Positions 47,622 through 60,500 of a stretch of DNA of 64,000 nucleotides are shown here, piece by piece (the stretch's first letter is position 1; each line of letters opens with the position of its first letter). Source of the stretch: a virus (taxonomy: Duplodnaviria; Caudoviricetes). The stretch lies in IMG/VR virus record IMGVR_UViG_3300019371_000256, positions 8,224 through 72,223 of that record; one strand, given 5' to 3'. The translations under genes and the position numbers were made by a program. Below the pieces are notes generated by a model. That model worked only from the letters and a program-made list of their open reading frames with translations. It searched no databases and was not told the DNA's origin.

Positions 47622-49112
47622 TTGGAGGATACAACGTTGATAACAGGCGAAGTGAGAAATAAGATAGATAAAATATGGACAGACATGTGGGCAGGAGGAG
47701 TAACGAATCCTTTGACAGTAATTGAACAGATTACATATCTGATGTTTATTCGCTCTTTGGATGAAAAAGAATTAGAGAATGAAAGCTTTGAAGCACTGGC
47801 AAGAGAAAAGATGGAAAAAATCTTTCCACAAGATGAAAATGGTCAATCCATGCGATGGAGCAGATTCAAAGATAAAGACGCCAGAGAAATATTTGAAATT
47901 ATTGGACAAAAGGTATTTCCATTTATTAAAAGTTTGAATGGTAATAATGCATCCGCATTCTCTAGATATATGGAAAATGCGATGTTTATGATTCCTACAC
48001 CACAAATTTTGCAGAAGATCATTACTGGATTGGAAGATTTGTACGAGCATGATTTGACAGGGCTTGATATGCAAGGTGATCTCTACGAATATATGCTGGA
48101 CAAACTTGCTACCGCGGGGCAAAATGGTCAGTTTCGTACACCAAAGCATATAAGAGAACTGATGGTGCAATTGGTAAATCCAACACCAGATGATACCATC
48201 TGTGATCCGGCTTGTGGAACAGCGGGATTCTTAGTATCGGCATCTGAATATATCAGAAAGAACTTTGAAGGGACTATGACAAGTGAGCAATGGGAGCATT
48301 TTGACAAAGGAGCATTTTCGGGATTTGATACGGACACAACAATGCTTCGTATCTCTGCAATGAATCTGATGCTTCATTCCATTAGTAATCCTGATATTGA
48401 TTACAAAGATAGTGTATCAAAACAGAATGAGATTATTTCAAAATATACGGTGTGCCTTGCAAATCCACCATTTGCAGGAACTGTAGATTCAGAGAGTATT
48501 AATGACAATCTGAAAGCAATCTGTAGTACCAAAAAGACAGAGCTTCTATTTGTGGCATTATTCCTTCGTATGCTAAAAAAGGGTGGAAGATGTGCATGTA
48601 TCGTACCAGATGGAGTTTTATTTGGTAATTCAAAAGCTCATAAAGAGTTAAGAAGAGAACTTGTTGAAAATCAACATTTACAAGCAATCATATCTATGCC
48701 GAGTGGAGTATTTAAGCCATATGCAGGGGTATCAACCGCAGTTTTGGTATTTACAAAGACAGATGATGGTGGAACGGATAAAGTCTGGTTCTATGATATG
48801 AAAGCGGATGGAAAGAGTCTGGACGATAAACGTCAGGATACGGATAAAAATGATATTCCTGATATTTTAGAACGCTGGAATCATTTAGAATTAGAAACGG
48901 ACAGAGTAAAAACAGAACAATCCTTTTTTGTAACAAAGAAGGAGATTGAGGAAAATGAATATGATCTGTCGATTAATAAGTATAAAGAAGTAGTCTATGA
49001 AAAGGTAGAGTACGATTCATCAGAAGTGATTATGGAACGAATTGATAAAATTGATGAAGAAATTGTTGTACTGAAAGCGGAATTGAAAACATTATTAAAT
49101 TTAGATTTGTAG
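47622..49112 (+). CDS. hsdM: Type I R-M methyltransferase subunit
   Basis: GQFRTP, DPACGTAGFL, NPPF; intact. Confidence 0.95.
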   Translation: MEDTTLITGEVRNKIDKIWTDMWAGGVTNPLTVIEQITYLMFIRSLDEKELENESFEALAREKMEKIFPQDENGQSMRWSRFKDKDAREIFEIIGQKVFPFIKSLNGNNASAFSRYMENAMFMIPTPQILQKIITGLEDLYEHDLTGLDMQGDLYEYMLDKLATAGQNGQFRTPKHIRELMVQLVNPTPDDTICDPACGTAGFLVSASEYIRKNFEGTMTSEQWEHFDKGAFSGFDTDTTMLRISAMNLMLHSISNPDIDYKDSVSKQNEIISKYTVCLANPPFAGTVDSESINDNLKAICSTKKTELLFVALFLRMLKKGGRCACIVPDGVLFGNSKAHKELRRELVENQHLQAIISMPSGVFKPYAGVSTAVLVFTKTDDGGTDKVWFYDMKADGKSLDDKRQDTDKNDIPDILERWNHLELETDRVKTEQSFFVTKKEIEENEYDLSINKYKEVVYEKVEYDSSEVIMERIDKIDEEIVVLKAELKTLLNLDL

Positions 49113-49114
49113 GG

Positions 49115-50269
49115 ATGATTGATATGGAGATTAAAAAACTTAAAGATATAAATGAATATTCTAGCCAAAGTGTAAATCCTTCAAAATCGCCAGATATTGT
49201 ATTTGAAGTTTATAGTGTACCAAGTCATGCAGACAACAAACCAGAGTATCTTCGCGGTGATGAAATTGGTTCAACAAAAGTAGTTATTGAAGAAGGTGAT
49301 ATTTTGCTATGTAAAATAAATCCAAGGATTAATAGAGTCTGGGTTGTAGATAAATCGTCTGAACATTTGAGTGTTGCTTCATCTGAGTGGATAGTAGTTA
49401 GAAGTAAAGAAAATAATCCAGAGTATTTGGCGTGGTATTTTAGATCTGATGGATTTAAAACTCGTATGAATAGTGGTTTGACTGGAATTGGTGGATCATT
49501 AACACGAGCACAGCCAAAGCGAGTAGCAGATTATCCAGTTCCAATTAGAGAAAGAAAAGAACAAGATGAAATAGTATTAGTTTTAAATAAAGTAAATAAA
49601 ATAATAGATAGCAGAAAAGAACAGTTAGAACAGATGGATAACCTAATCAAATCCCGATTTGTCGAGATGTTTGGGGATCCTTTAAGTAATCCAATGGGCT
49701 GGGAAGAAGTTGTTATTACAGAGCTGTGCGAGAAAATATGCGGTGGTGGTACACCTTCAAAATCTCATCCAGAGTATTTCGTGGGGCGTATTCCTTGGGT
49801 GTCACCGAAAGATATGAAATCTATGGTTATTAGAGATAGTCAAGATCATATAACTGAAGAGGCCATTAAGAATAGCTCAACGAAGATTATTCCAGAAAAC
49901 TCGGTACTTATGGTAATAAGGAGTGGTATTTTAAAACATACACTTCCTGTTGCTATTAATGCAGTGCCTGTGACTATTAACCAAGATATGAAAGCTTTTA
50001 TTCCAGGGAAAAAAATACTTACAACATTTTTGATGAACTACTTTAAAGCGATAGAACCAGATGTATTAAGCGGTGTAAGAGGAGTAACGGCTGATAATAT
50101 CGATTTCAAAGATTTTCAAAAAAGACTGGTAATTTTACCACCAATTGAAATTCAGAAGCAATTTGCCAACTTCGTCCAACAAGTCAACAAATTGAAAATT
50201 GAAGTACAGAAATCATTGGATGAAGCGCAGGTATTGTTTGATTCGTTGATGCAAGAGTATTTTGAGTGA
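49115..50269 (+). CDS. hsdS: Type I R-M specificity subunit
   Basis: Two TRDs; SRFVEMFGDP, GGGTPS, PPIEIQKQFA. Confidence 0.92.
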   Translation: MIDMEIKKLKDINEYSSQSVNPSKSPDIVFEVYSVPSHADNKPEYLRGDEIGSTKVVIEEGDILLCKINPRINRVWVVDKSSEHLSVASSEWIVVRSKENNPEYLAWYFRSDGFKTRMNSGLTGIGGSLTRAQPKRVADYPVPIRERKEQDEIVLVLNKVNKIIDSRKEQLEQMDNLIKSRFVEMFGDPLSNPMGWEEVVITELCEKICGGGTPSKSHPEYFVGRIPWVSPKDMKSMVIRDSQDHITEEAIKNSSTKIIPENSVLMVIRSGILKHTLPVAINAVPVTINQDMKAFIPGKKILTTFLMNYFKAIEPDVLSGVRGVTADNIDFKDFQKRLVILPPIEIQKQFANFVQQVNKLKIEVQKSLDEAQVLFDSLMQEYFE

Positions 50270-50291
50270 TAAGATAAGGAAAGCTATTGCC

Positions 50292-51697
50292 ATGACAAAT
50301 GAATATGAAGAACAGAATGCATATAAAAAAGCATGAAATTGTTTGTACGATTTTGTAAAGATATGAATATCACAACTAAGGAGCAACTTTCAAACTTTAC
50401 TTTCGAAGAAATTCCTTCTGAATATAAATATAAATATAAATATGGAGCCTCTGATGAAATCAGAGCTTCTGATGATCCTGATAATACACAAATAATAAAT
50501 GCTATTTATATAATTTTATGGGGAGAATTTTTTGATATAAGAGATAAGAAAGATGTTGGTTCTTAGTCTGATAGTAAAAAAATAGAAGGTAGTCAGTCAT
50601 CATACAGAGGCGACACAATGAATAGTTTTTGTTCTATGTTTGGAAGTGATGATACAGGATGGAATAGAATGAAGCATATTCTAGGTGTGGAAATCGATAA
50701 TGACTGGTCTGATATAATAAAATTTAGAAAAATTTATCATACATTAGGAAATTTTTTACTTATTCCAAATAGAAAAAATGTAAATAGAGTAAAAGGTACC
50801 TCTGGCAGACTAACAGACAGTTTTGAGACACTTTTATCAAATGCATATATGTACTATAATGAAAAAGAAAATGGAACAAATAAGCTTATTATGTGTGGTT
50901 ATAGAAAGGTTTTTGAAGAAAATATAGAATACAAGAATACATATAATGAAGATTTTTTGTTTAAATTAAAATATTTTATTTGCAAGATTATTATTATAAT
51001 GAAGGAAAGCCAACAGTCAAGTTTAAATTTAGTTTCAGAAGGGAAAAAAGGCTTAGCTGATTATGTATCTACAAATTTGAATACTGATGAATATTATACA
51101 CGAAGTCATTTGCAAAAATTGGATATCATACAGACGGTTGGTTCGGCTTCTTGGTTAGGCATAATTAATGACAAAGATTTATTTCAGGAAAGCTTGGATT
51201 GGTTTCGAGGATATATAAATTTTATTTGTGAAAAGATAGGATATGAGTTGCTTTACCAAATGATCGACAATTGTAGAAGTATAAATGAAAATAAAGATTC
51301 ACAATTAGAAGCGTCATTGTGTTATGGAACATGTATGTATATTTGTTCATTTATTGAAAAAATATTAAAAATAATATACATAGAACTAAAAAGAGAAATA
51401 GAATATATTCCAATTGAAAATATAACTTTAGGGGAATTGCTATCAGACGGGAATTCATTGTATGCGGAAATGTTAGGAGAATATCAATTAAAGCATTTAA
51501 GATATTTTCTATTGACAGACGGCGATAAAAAAATTGGTACAAATTATCGTAATTCACTGGCACATTATAGTTCAATTACTTCTGAGAATATTAATATGTT
51601 TCTTGTTGGAAAACTAATGTTTCTTTTTACAAATATAATAACATCATTTTTTCATTACTTTTTTATGAAACAAAGTGAAGAAAATATAGATAATTAG
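50292..51697 (+). pseudogene. Interrupted nuclease-like + HEPN (DUF4209-like) gene between hsdS and hsdR
   Basis: ORFs 50333-50566 and 50618-51697 are in frame across TAG 50564-50566; possible frameshift near 50330; YRGDTMNSF, HTLGNFLLIP and C-terminal NYRNSLAH (RxxxxH). Confidence 0.65.
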
Positions 51698-51707
51698 GGG
51701 AGGATAT

Positions 51708-54700
51708 ATGTCAAACTTCGAATTCTTAACATCAAAAACAGAATATGAGCTTTTTGCAGTAGCGTGCGTTGAGGCGGAGAAGGTCTTGACATCATCACCT
51801 GCCATGAGTGCAGTAGGAGCTAGAAAAGCATTAGAACTTGCTGTGAAATGGGTATATTCCGCTGATAACTCAATTTCTATCCCGTACAAAGATAACTTAC
51901 AATCATTGATTCATGAACCAAGTTTTCGTTTTGCCTTGGATAGTAAGACATGGGGCAAGATGCCATTTATCATTAAATTAGGTAATTTGTCAGTACATAC
52001 GGATAAGAAGGTGTCAAAAAGTGACGCTGTTTTATCATTACAAGGTTTGTTTGAATTTGTAGAGTGGATTGATTACTGTTACGGAAATGATTATCAGGAA
52101 CGTAACTTTGATGAAAAACTGATTCCAGGTGAAAAAGTCGCTGTTGATGTATCAAAAATCAAAGAGCAGGAGAGTTTACTTTCTGAAAAGGAAAGTGAAA
52201 TCAAAGCCTTAAGAGAGAAAATTGAGGCGATGTCTGCTACCTATACTGCTGAAAAAGGGCAGCATAAAGAAGAAAGAACTTTTACTGCGAAAGATTTATC
52301 GGAGTTTAAGACGAGAAAAAGATACATTGATGTAGATTTAAAATTGTTAGGTTGGGATTTTGACCATGATGTAAAAGAAGAATTTGAAGTACAAAATATG
52401 GATGGAAAATCAGGTCAGATGTGATATGCTGACTATGTTTTGTTTGGCAAAGACGGTCTTCCATTGGCGATTATAGAAGCAAAGAGGACAAGCAAAGACC
52501 CGAATATCGGAAGGCAGCAGGTTTTGCTTTATGCCAAGTCTTTAGAAGAGCGTTATGGACGCCGTCCTATGATGTTTACCACGAATGGGTTTGAAACCTA
52601 TTTCTGGGATGATGAAAGCTATCCTCAGAGAAAAGTCAGCAGTATTTTTTCCAAAAATGATTTGCAGAAGTTGATGAATCGAAGACAAGAGAGAAAAGAT
52701 TTATCAACCATTCGCATAGATGATAAGATTACCGATCGCTATTATCAGAAAGAAGCGATCAGAGCAGTATGTGACAGTTTGGTGCAGGGGCATAGAAAAA
52801 ATCTTCTCGTGATGGCAACTGGTACAGGCAAGACCAGAACCGCTTCCAGTTTGACAGATGTATTGTCAAGAGGGGGCTATGTTACCAACGTTTTATTTCT
52901 TGCCGACAGAACGGCATTAGTAAAACAGGCAAAAGATGATTTTAAAAATTATCTTCCAGATATGAGCCTTTGTAATTTGCTGTCCAATAAGGAGGATAAG
53001 AATGCAAGAATCATTTTTTCTACCTATCCAACTATGTTAAATGTCATTGATTCGGAAAAGACAGAGGATGGACAGCGATTATTTTCTCCATCCCATTTTG
53101 ATCTGATCATAGTAGATGAAGCACATAGAAGTATCTTTAAGAAATATCGTACCATTTTTGAATACTTTGATTCAATTGTTGTAGGATTAACTGCTACGCC
53201 AAAAACAGATGTCGATAGAAATACCTATGATTTTTTTGAAATGGAACATGGGGTTCCGACCTATGCATATGACTATGAAACTGCTGTGAATCATGATTAT
53301 GTGCTGGTGCCATATTTTAACATTGAAACATCAACGAAATTCTTAGAGGAAGGAATTTCATACGAAGAGTTGGATGAAAAAGATAAAGAACGTTACGAAG
53401 ATGATTTCGGTGATGATGAAGGAAATATGCCAGAATTTGTGCCTTCACCTACCATGAATAAATTTGTATTTAACGAAAAGACAGTGGATTTAGTGTTGCA
53501 GGATTTGATGGAAAATGGAATCAAGGTTGAGGGCGGAGATCGAATTGGAAAAACAATCATTTTTGCTCAGAACAAGACTCATGCTGAATTTATTTTAGAA
53601 CGATTCAATAAATTATATCCAAAGCTGAAAGGTGGATTTGCAAAGCGCATTACTTGCGAAGATACCTACGCCCAGTCTGTCATTGATGAATTCAAGATTG
53701 CGAATAAGCCACCATATATTGCAGTTTCTGTCGATATGATGGATACCGGTATCGATGTACCAGAAGTAGTCAATCTTGTATTCTTTAAGAAAGTGCGCTC
53801 AAAGACAAAGTTCTGGCAGATGATAGGACGTGGAACCAGACTGTGCAAAGACCAGACTTTTGTTGACAGACAGGATGGAGAGTATACAGATAAAAAGAGA
53901 TTTTATATTTTTGATTACTGTGGAAATTTTGAGTATTTCCGTGAAAATAAAGAAGGTATTGAAGTAAAAGATACAGAAAGTTTGAGCGAAAAGAGTTTTA
54001 GCAAAAGAGTCCGATTGATACAAAATCTTCAATCATCAGATTTCTTAGGAACGGAATACCAGAACTGGAGAAGTGAGCTTGTAAGTACTGTGCTACAGCA
54101 AGTACAGTCACTCAACAAAGAACTGGTTGCTGTACACATGCAACTTCGTCATGTGGAAAAATTCGAAAAGCAAGAAGCATTTACTTGTATCTCAGAACAG
54201 GATTATCATGATTTGTCCAGGCATGTAGCACCATTGGTAACGATGGATGATAAAGATGAGTATGCAAAGCGATTTGATAATCTGATGTACGGCTTGATGA
54301 TTGCTCAGATGGAGATGTTACCAGGATTTAAGAAAGCGAAAAATCAGGTCTACACATTGATGGGAGCATTGGAACAAAAAGCAATTATTCCTAAGATTAA
54401 AGAAAAACTTTCTTTGATTCAGACGGTAACAACAGATGAGTTCTGGGCTTCTGGTGATATTTTGCTTTTTGAAAAGATTCGAGAGGAATTAAGAGATTTG
54501 ATTAAACTTACAGTGGATGAGGGCACTGGTAAACGCCCGATTATGACAAGTCTTGCAGATCCTATTCTATCTAGAAAAGAAGGCGATATATTAGATGCAG
54601 CATATGATTTTGAAGATTACCGGTTAAAAGTGAATCGATACATAGAACAACATAAAGATCATATTGCAATCTGGAAGCTTCGAAATAATGTAAAACTGGA

Positions 54701-55076
54701 ATCGGGAGACTATCAGGCACTCGAAAGCATCTTTACAAAAGAACTGGGCGATGAAGAAGATTACAAACGAGAGTTCGGAGATACACCATTTGGTCTTCTT
54801 ATCCGTAAGATAGCAAAGCTTGAGCATGAAGCTGCGATGAAAGCATTTTCTAAGTTTATCAATGATGAATCATTGAACCAACAGCAGATTGTTTTTGTGA
54901 AAAAGATTGTGGATTATGTGGAGCAGAATGGATACATAGAAAATATAACGGAACTGATGAAACCGCCGTTTGATAAACCAATGAGCTTTGTGAAGCTGTT
55001 TGATAGTAAGAGGCAGGCTGAGATTGTGAAGTTGGTGAATGAGATTAAGGAAAATGCTGTGGAAGTGGCGGGGTAA
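51708..55076 (+). pseudogene. hsdR: Type I R-M restriction subunit interrupted by an in-frame TGA (52422-52424)
   Basis: ...GQM-TGA-YADYVLFGKDGLPLAIIEAKR; MATGTGKT, DEAH, QMIGRGTR motifs otherwise intact. Confidence 0.9.
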
Positions 55077-55122
55077 GGTTGATTTAAAATTCTCATCAGT
55101 GGAATTACAGGAGGAATACAGT

Positions 55123-55735
55123 ATGTGTGATAATGAAAACATATTTATTAATGCTGTTTTAAAAAGAAAAGAAGAGAATAAAAAAGCTTTTTCTTGGCTT
55201 ATGGAAGAAAAACTCTATTCTCTTATTGGAAGTATTTTGCGGTTGGAATTGGATTCATTGATTCGTGTGGCTTATTTAAATTCTATTAATGATATAAATC
55301 AAATGGAGTGTTTGCTTGCACAGTTTAATGCTGGTAAAAGATGGAAGAATGAGAAGCAACTTATCACTGATAGGGCAATGTTAAATAATGTTATGTGGAA
55401 TTTAGGATTGGGGTGGGCGCAACCAATTTATGATATATGTTGTGCTTTTATTCATCATTCACCATATCACGATTGGGGTGAGATTGAGCCAACAAGAGCT
55501 ATATCTGATTTAGAAAGAAGCAGCAGGAGTTAAGAGTTATTTTGGAGAACAACTTGTAGAATTTGGATTTCCGGTGGATGCAATCAAACGTATAGAAGAG
55601 AAGAACAGTAAATTAATTACGCTTAATACAGAATCAACAAAAAAATACGTAGTTAGTAATTTACAAAAAATTTTATCTGTATTGGATGAATATGAGAAAA
55701 AACTTATGGAAAATGCTTTAAAGTCGATTTTGTAA
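55123..55735 (+). pseudogene. Hypothetical gene with a frameshift near 55516
   Basis: GGAGG RBS, ATG 55123; after DLE the next frame stays open (EAAGVKSYFGEQL...LKSIL) to TAA 55733-55735. Confidence 0.6.
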
Positions 55736-55751
55736 TGAGCGAGAAAGGTAG

Positions 55752-56252
55752 TTGGTATTTTTATTAATTTTGAACAGAGAAATATTATCAACAGACAACC
55801 AATTTTACATATCCGAAAATATTAAAATAGATCAAAAAATGTTTAACATATCAGAATATATCTATTTTAAGAAAAATAGATGCAACCCAATTCAGATTAG
55901 TGTTTACGAAGATAAAATGTATGTCTGGAATGATGGTGTTATGCCTATGAACTTAACATCTACCGAAAAGTTATTTCAAAAGCATTCTTCAAAACCATAC
56001 AATCCAAAACTGGCTGATATCTTTTTTAAGAGCGGTATGATTGAAGCGTGGGGGCGTGGATTTGATAAAATCAAAGAAGCATGTCAGAAGTATGATGGCC
56101 CATTGCCAGAATATGATATAAGCGAAGATGGGATTATAGTTCTTTGTAAGGCTTGTGGGAGATATCTGGATTTATTATATGGTAAACCAGAAGTAAATAA
56201 TTCGCTCTCTTCAAATGAGCGAAAAACAACGAACAATAAAAAACAAAGGTAG
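55752..56252 (+). pseudogene. Fragment of an AlbA/HATPase_c_4 (RecG-C-like) regulator
   Basis: PIQISVYEDKMYVWNDG, SKPYNPKLA.IFFKSGMIEAWGRG; N-terminal domain and HTH missing. Confidence 0.7.
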
Positions 56253-56558
56253 TTAAAGTAGTAATACTAAAGATAACTTCTGAATCATATAAGTCCCCAT
56301 CAATTATTTGAAATTATTTTTGAAATAATTGACGCAATTAAAAGATAAAACTATGGAACTAATTACTGATTTTGAGAAATTAAGCAAAGCGATTTTGAAA
56401 AAATATGAAGGCAACAGCATAACAATGGGAATTCAGGTTGCAGATTATCGTCAAAGTGAAGCTAGAGAATATATGTTAAATTATTTGAATCATTTGATTC
56501 ATTTGATTCAGTTAATTATGGGTAGGGTGGTTTAATTAGTCAATGAGGTAAAAGTACA

Positions 56559-57494
56559 ATGATTGAGTTTAGTAATTTTTCAAAAGGGCAAGAGGATTTC
56601 TTTCTTGTGAAATTTATAGATGATAATAAGGATGAGATTAACATTTTATTTGATGGGGGGATTAGCTCAAAAAAATGTTTAGAACATATAAGAGATGATG
56701 TCAACGGAAAAGTGGATTATATTATATTAACACATATAGATCAGGATCACATAAAAGGTTTATTAAAGTTGTATACTAAGGCAGAGGATTATAATCTGAA
56801 AAGTAAGTTAAACGATACCGTCTTTGTATATAACAGATTTGTAAATGGACTAGTATCATATAATCAAGCGGAAGCATTTGAAGAAATGATACAAGGAAGG
56901 GAAATTATTTGTTCTTATAAAGAGTATCAATACAATTCTGGAAATGCAATTTTTTTAAGCGCTGAACAAAGAAGAAAACTTCCTAAAAAAGAAAAAAATC
57001 AAATCTATATTACCTTTTTGTCGCCAACAGATCGTAAAGAAATAGAACCACTCTATGACTACTATCAACAGTATAAGGAAAAGAGCAAGAATCCAAGTGG
57101 AAACGCATACGTGGTAAATAAAAGCTCTATTATGTGTCTTGTTGAATATGAGGAGTCATTATTACTAATGGCGGGTGATGGATATTTTAAAGATATTCTT
57201 CCTACGATTAAAATTCTTACTGGTTCACAGACAATATGCCCGATTTCAAAGAATGCACTAATAAAAATTTCACATCACGGCTCTTCAGAAAATAATGAAG
57301 GTCTTGATGAAATCATAAGAATAATACCATGTGATAAATTTGTACTTACAAATGTGGAGGAAGCTCTTCGAGATAAAAAAAATTCTGTTAAAGTAGATGA
57401 TGACATTATAAAGTTGTCACAGACAAAATCTGTTTATAGTAATTCGGACTACAATGGGCTAAAGATAACGAGAGAACAGAGTATAAGTTTATAA
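56559..57494 (+). CDS. MBL-fold (ComEC/Rec2-like) hydrolase
   Basis: LFDGG, THIDQDHIKG, LLMAGDG, KISHHGS. Confidence 0.9.
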   Translation: MIEFSNFSKGQEDFFLVKFIDDNKDEINILFDGGISSKKCLEHIRDDVNGKVDYIILTHIDQDHIKGLLKLYTKAEDYNLKSKLNDTVFVYNRFVNGLVSYNQAEAFEEMIQGREIICSYKEYQYNSGNAIFLSAEQRRKLPKKEKNQIYITFLSPTDRKEIEPLYDYYQQYKEKSKNPSGNAYVVNKSSIMCLVEYEESLLLMAGDGYFKDILPTIKILTGSQTICPISKNALIKISHHGSSENNEGLDEIIRIIPCDKFVLTNVEEALRDKKNSVKVDDDIIKLSQTKSVYSNSDYNGLKITREQSISL

Positions 57495-57536
57495 ATAATA
57501 TTATAATTCAAAAGAAGAAATGGGGACAAGAACAGT

Positions 57537-60500
57537 ATGGATATTAATCAAAATATTGTCAGAATCCGAACAGCTATGCAAATGGGAACAGGGATAATAT
57601 ATCCTTGCGAACCAAGAAATGGAAATCTTGGAGAACATAATTATATTATTTTTACAAATAAGCATTTGGTAAGTGATATTCCATTGTCAAGGAGTGAACG
57701 AAATGGAGAAGATCTTCTAAAGTATTTTCAGTTTGATATTTACGATAAAGAGGGTAGAAAATTAGAGATTAGTTCAGGACAAATGGATAAGGATAAAATC
57801 AGCGCTGAATTATTTTATACTTCCCTCAAAAACGAAAAGTTAGAAGAAGTGAGCCCAAACATGAATTGTGTGGAAGACATTGCAGTGATACTGTTGTCTT
57901 TTCATCGAGATATTGATCTTGATTTAGAAACAAGACTTTTGTGGGGAGGGGAAGAAATTGATAGCATCTGCATGGAAGGATTTCCGGAAGTATTATCAGA
58001 CAATGATATTTCATCGAAGCTATTAGTGAAAGGAATCTATAAACCGGTTTTCCCGTCAAACTCTAGAATAGGAGTGTTCCAAATTACAGACGATTATCAT
58101 TGGTATAACAATTATAAGGATTATCGGCTGTTTCAAGGTTTTTCGGGAAGTCCGATTTTTCAGAAGCTTCATGACAGAGGAGTACGTCTTTTAGGGATGA
58201 ATCAGTCTGTTTTAAATATTGAAAACGGCGAAAATCCTTTTAAGCTTATGTACTATTATAAAATGCCTTTTATACTGGAATATTTACGAGAACAGGGATG
58301 TATTTTGTTTAGTAGAGAGAAGGATGAATCTGTAAAGATTCGATGGATTGCAGAGGATAATAGTAATGGTGATGCAATTACTGTTAATCAGCCGGCAGGT
58401 GGAAAAACTACTGAGCTGACACTACTATTATTAGGGGCAAGTGGTGCGGGTAAATCATCTTTTGTAAAAAGTTTTTTACTTCATTCTAAATATATAGATT
58501 CCACAAATGATGGACAGACAACGAGATCCAGTGTTATTTATGATATAAGTAAGTATCAGGAGAAACCAATAGCAAAAATCAAGTTTTTAAACCAAAAAAA
58601 ATTTGTTCAGTGCATGAAGTTTTTGAATTATCATAATTATTTGTATCAGCTGTGTTTGTCTGCATTTGGCGAACAAAAGGAAAAATCACTGGAAGGATAT
58701 TTGAGGTATTTTTGTTATGATTATTCCGTACAATTCACTAAAGATAACCCGGAATTAGAAAGTAAGATAAAAGAATGCAATACGAAAATTAATAATCTTT
58801 TTTATGAAAAGGTTAAAAAATTAAATAGAGAAGACATGGAGTACAGATACTATATAGATAATTTGGAAAAGTTGTGTGAGGAGATACTTCAGTTGAAGTT
58901 TAGTGAAAACAAGCATTGGAACGGATCATTTGTTTTCAGTCAAACGGAATTTTTTAAGACATTAGAAGAGCAAGAGAAACTCAAAAGTCGATTTTTCAAA
59001 ATGTTAGATTCGGTAGAAGGCTTTTTTGATAAGTCTGAGTTTGCTTTTTTAAATGACATCAAAGATGCGGGACATTCTGCAGAAAGCGATTCATTGTATC
59101 GTGAATTAGAACTGGAGGAAAATCAGGGTCTACTAGACTTATCAAAATCAATTCAAGGTTATTTTGAAGAATATTATAAGAAGATGCACCGTGAAATTAT
59201 AAAAAAAATAATTGCAAAGTATCTAATGAAATCCAAATCCTATGAAGTGGAATTGCAGTTGGATGAGTTATTTGAACAGAAGATTTTATTAACGTATGCA
59301 TTACAGAAAAAGGGAAACTTTTCATTAACAGGGATGGTTGATTCAGTGACTATAAGTGACAGTATATCGAATGAGTATGCATTTATATTTGATGATTTAA
59401 AAATTGATAAACTTAAAATGATAGATACCTATGGATTAGATCATGCAGACTGGAATGCAGACAAAAAAAGTGTTCTTAGCAATATGGTTTACAATCTAAA
59501 TGAGGAAGATATTCTAAAATTTGATTCTAATCTAGCAGTAGTATATGTAAAAAAGCTTGATTCGGGCAATCCAACAGAATTACATAATATAATTCCGGCT
59601 GTTTTTGAATTAATCCCTATGGCACCTATTTATTGTGTATTTACAGGACTGGATATTTTTGTGGGATCAGATATTAACAAATTTAAGTCAGTAGAGCATT
59701 ATTTTAGAAATAATAGAGAGCCCAAGAACTATGGATATATTGAGAGCGTGGTATTTGAGGAAGAAATAAAGAATATCTTTAGTAAAAAAAATGCTGAATA
59801 TGTAGATAGTTTATACTCTACAATGAAGAATAATCTTATTGCTATTTGTTCAGATGAGAATACTGTAAAAAGCTATTTTAATCTTTATGCGAATAATAGA
59901 GATGAAGTGTATAAATTATTGACTTCTATTTCTATGAATGAATATTCCAATATGGTAATTATACCGGAGGATGTAATAGCTGAAATTGATTTAAACAAAA
60001 ATGCTATTAAAAATTTTTTAGGAAACGTATTTGAGATTGCCAATGTAGATTGGACAAGAATCCATTGGAAAACTGCGCAGGCTAATTTTACTCGAATTTC
60101 TGGACAGTCAGAGTTAGGCTATTGGGGAACATTTCCACATCAGTGGAATCAGCTGTTTCATATGGGATATACCAGCACAGTGATAAACTCAAAAGGTGAC
60201 ATTTTAGGGATCTCTAAGAAACTGAAAAAAGAGGTTGCGTCAGCATTAGATTCCTGCATTAGAGATATGGAGTATTTATTCTTAGGAGATCCAAAAAGTC
60301 TAAGTGGATTCAAGGATGGAGACTCTAAGTTTCGGAAACTACTAGAAAAAATGTATGACTTAGGTTATAAATCAGGTACATATAAAATTAATCCGTTTGA
60401 TTTATATGAAAAAAAAGAACTTTTGGGTAAGATGAAAAGTAAAGGGGAGCGAGATATTGAAAAGCAACGGATTAAAGAAGAACAAGAAGAAAGATTGAAG

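Noticed and set aside
50564-52424. Genome-wide stop-codon reassignment or selenocysteine explaining the in-frame stops
   Set aside because: The two stops differ (TAG and TGA), frameshifts occur nearby, and TGA/TAG end many normal genes in this window; decay or sequencing error is simpler
56329-56535. 68-aa ORF as a third component (Avs1c-like) of the MBL/protease system
   Set aside because: TTG start without an RBS, lies upstream, and reads like a gene remnant; kept only as a possibility
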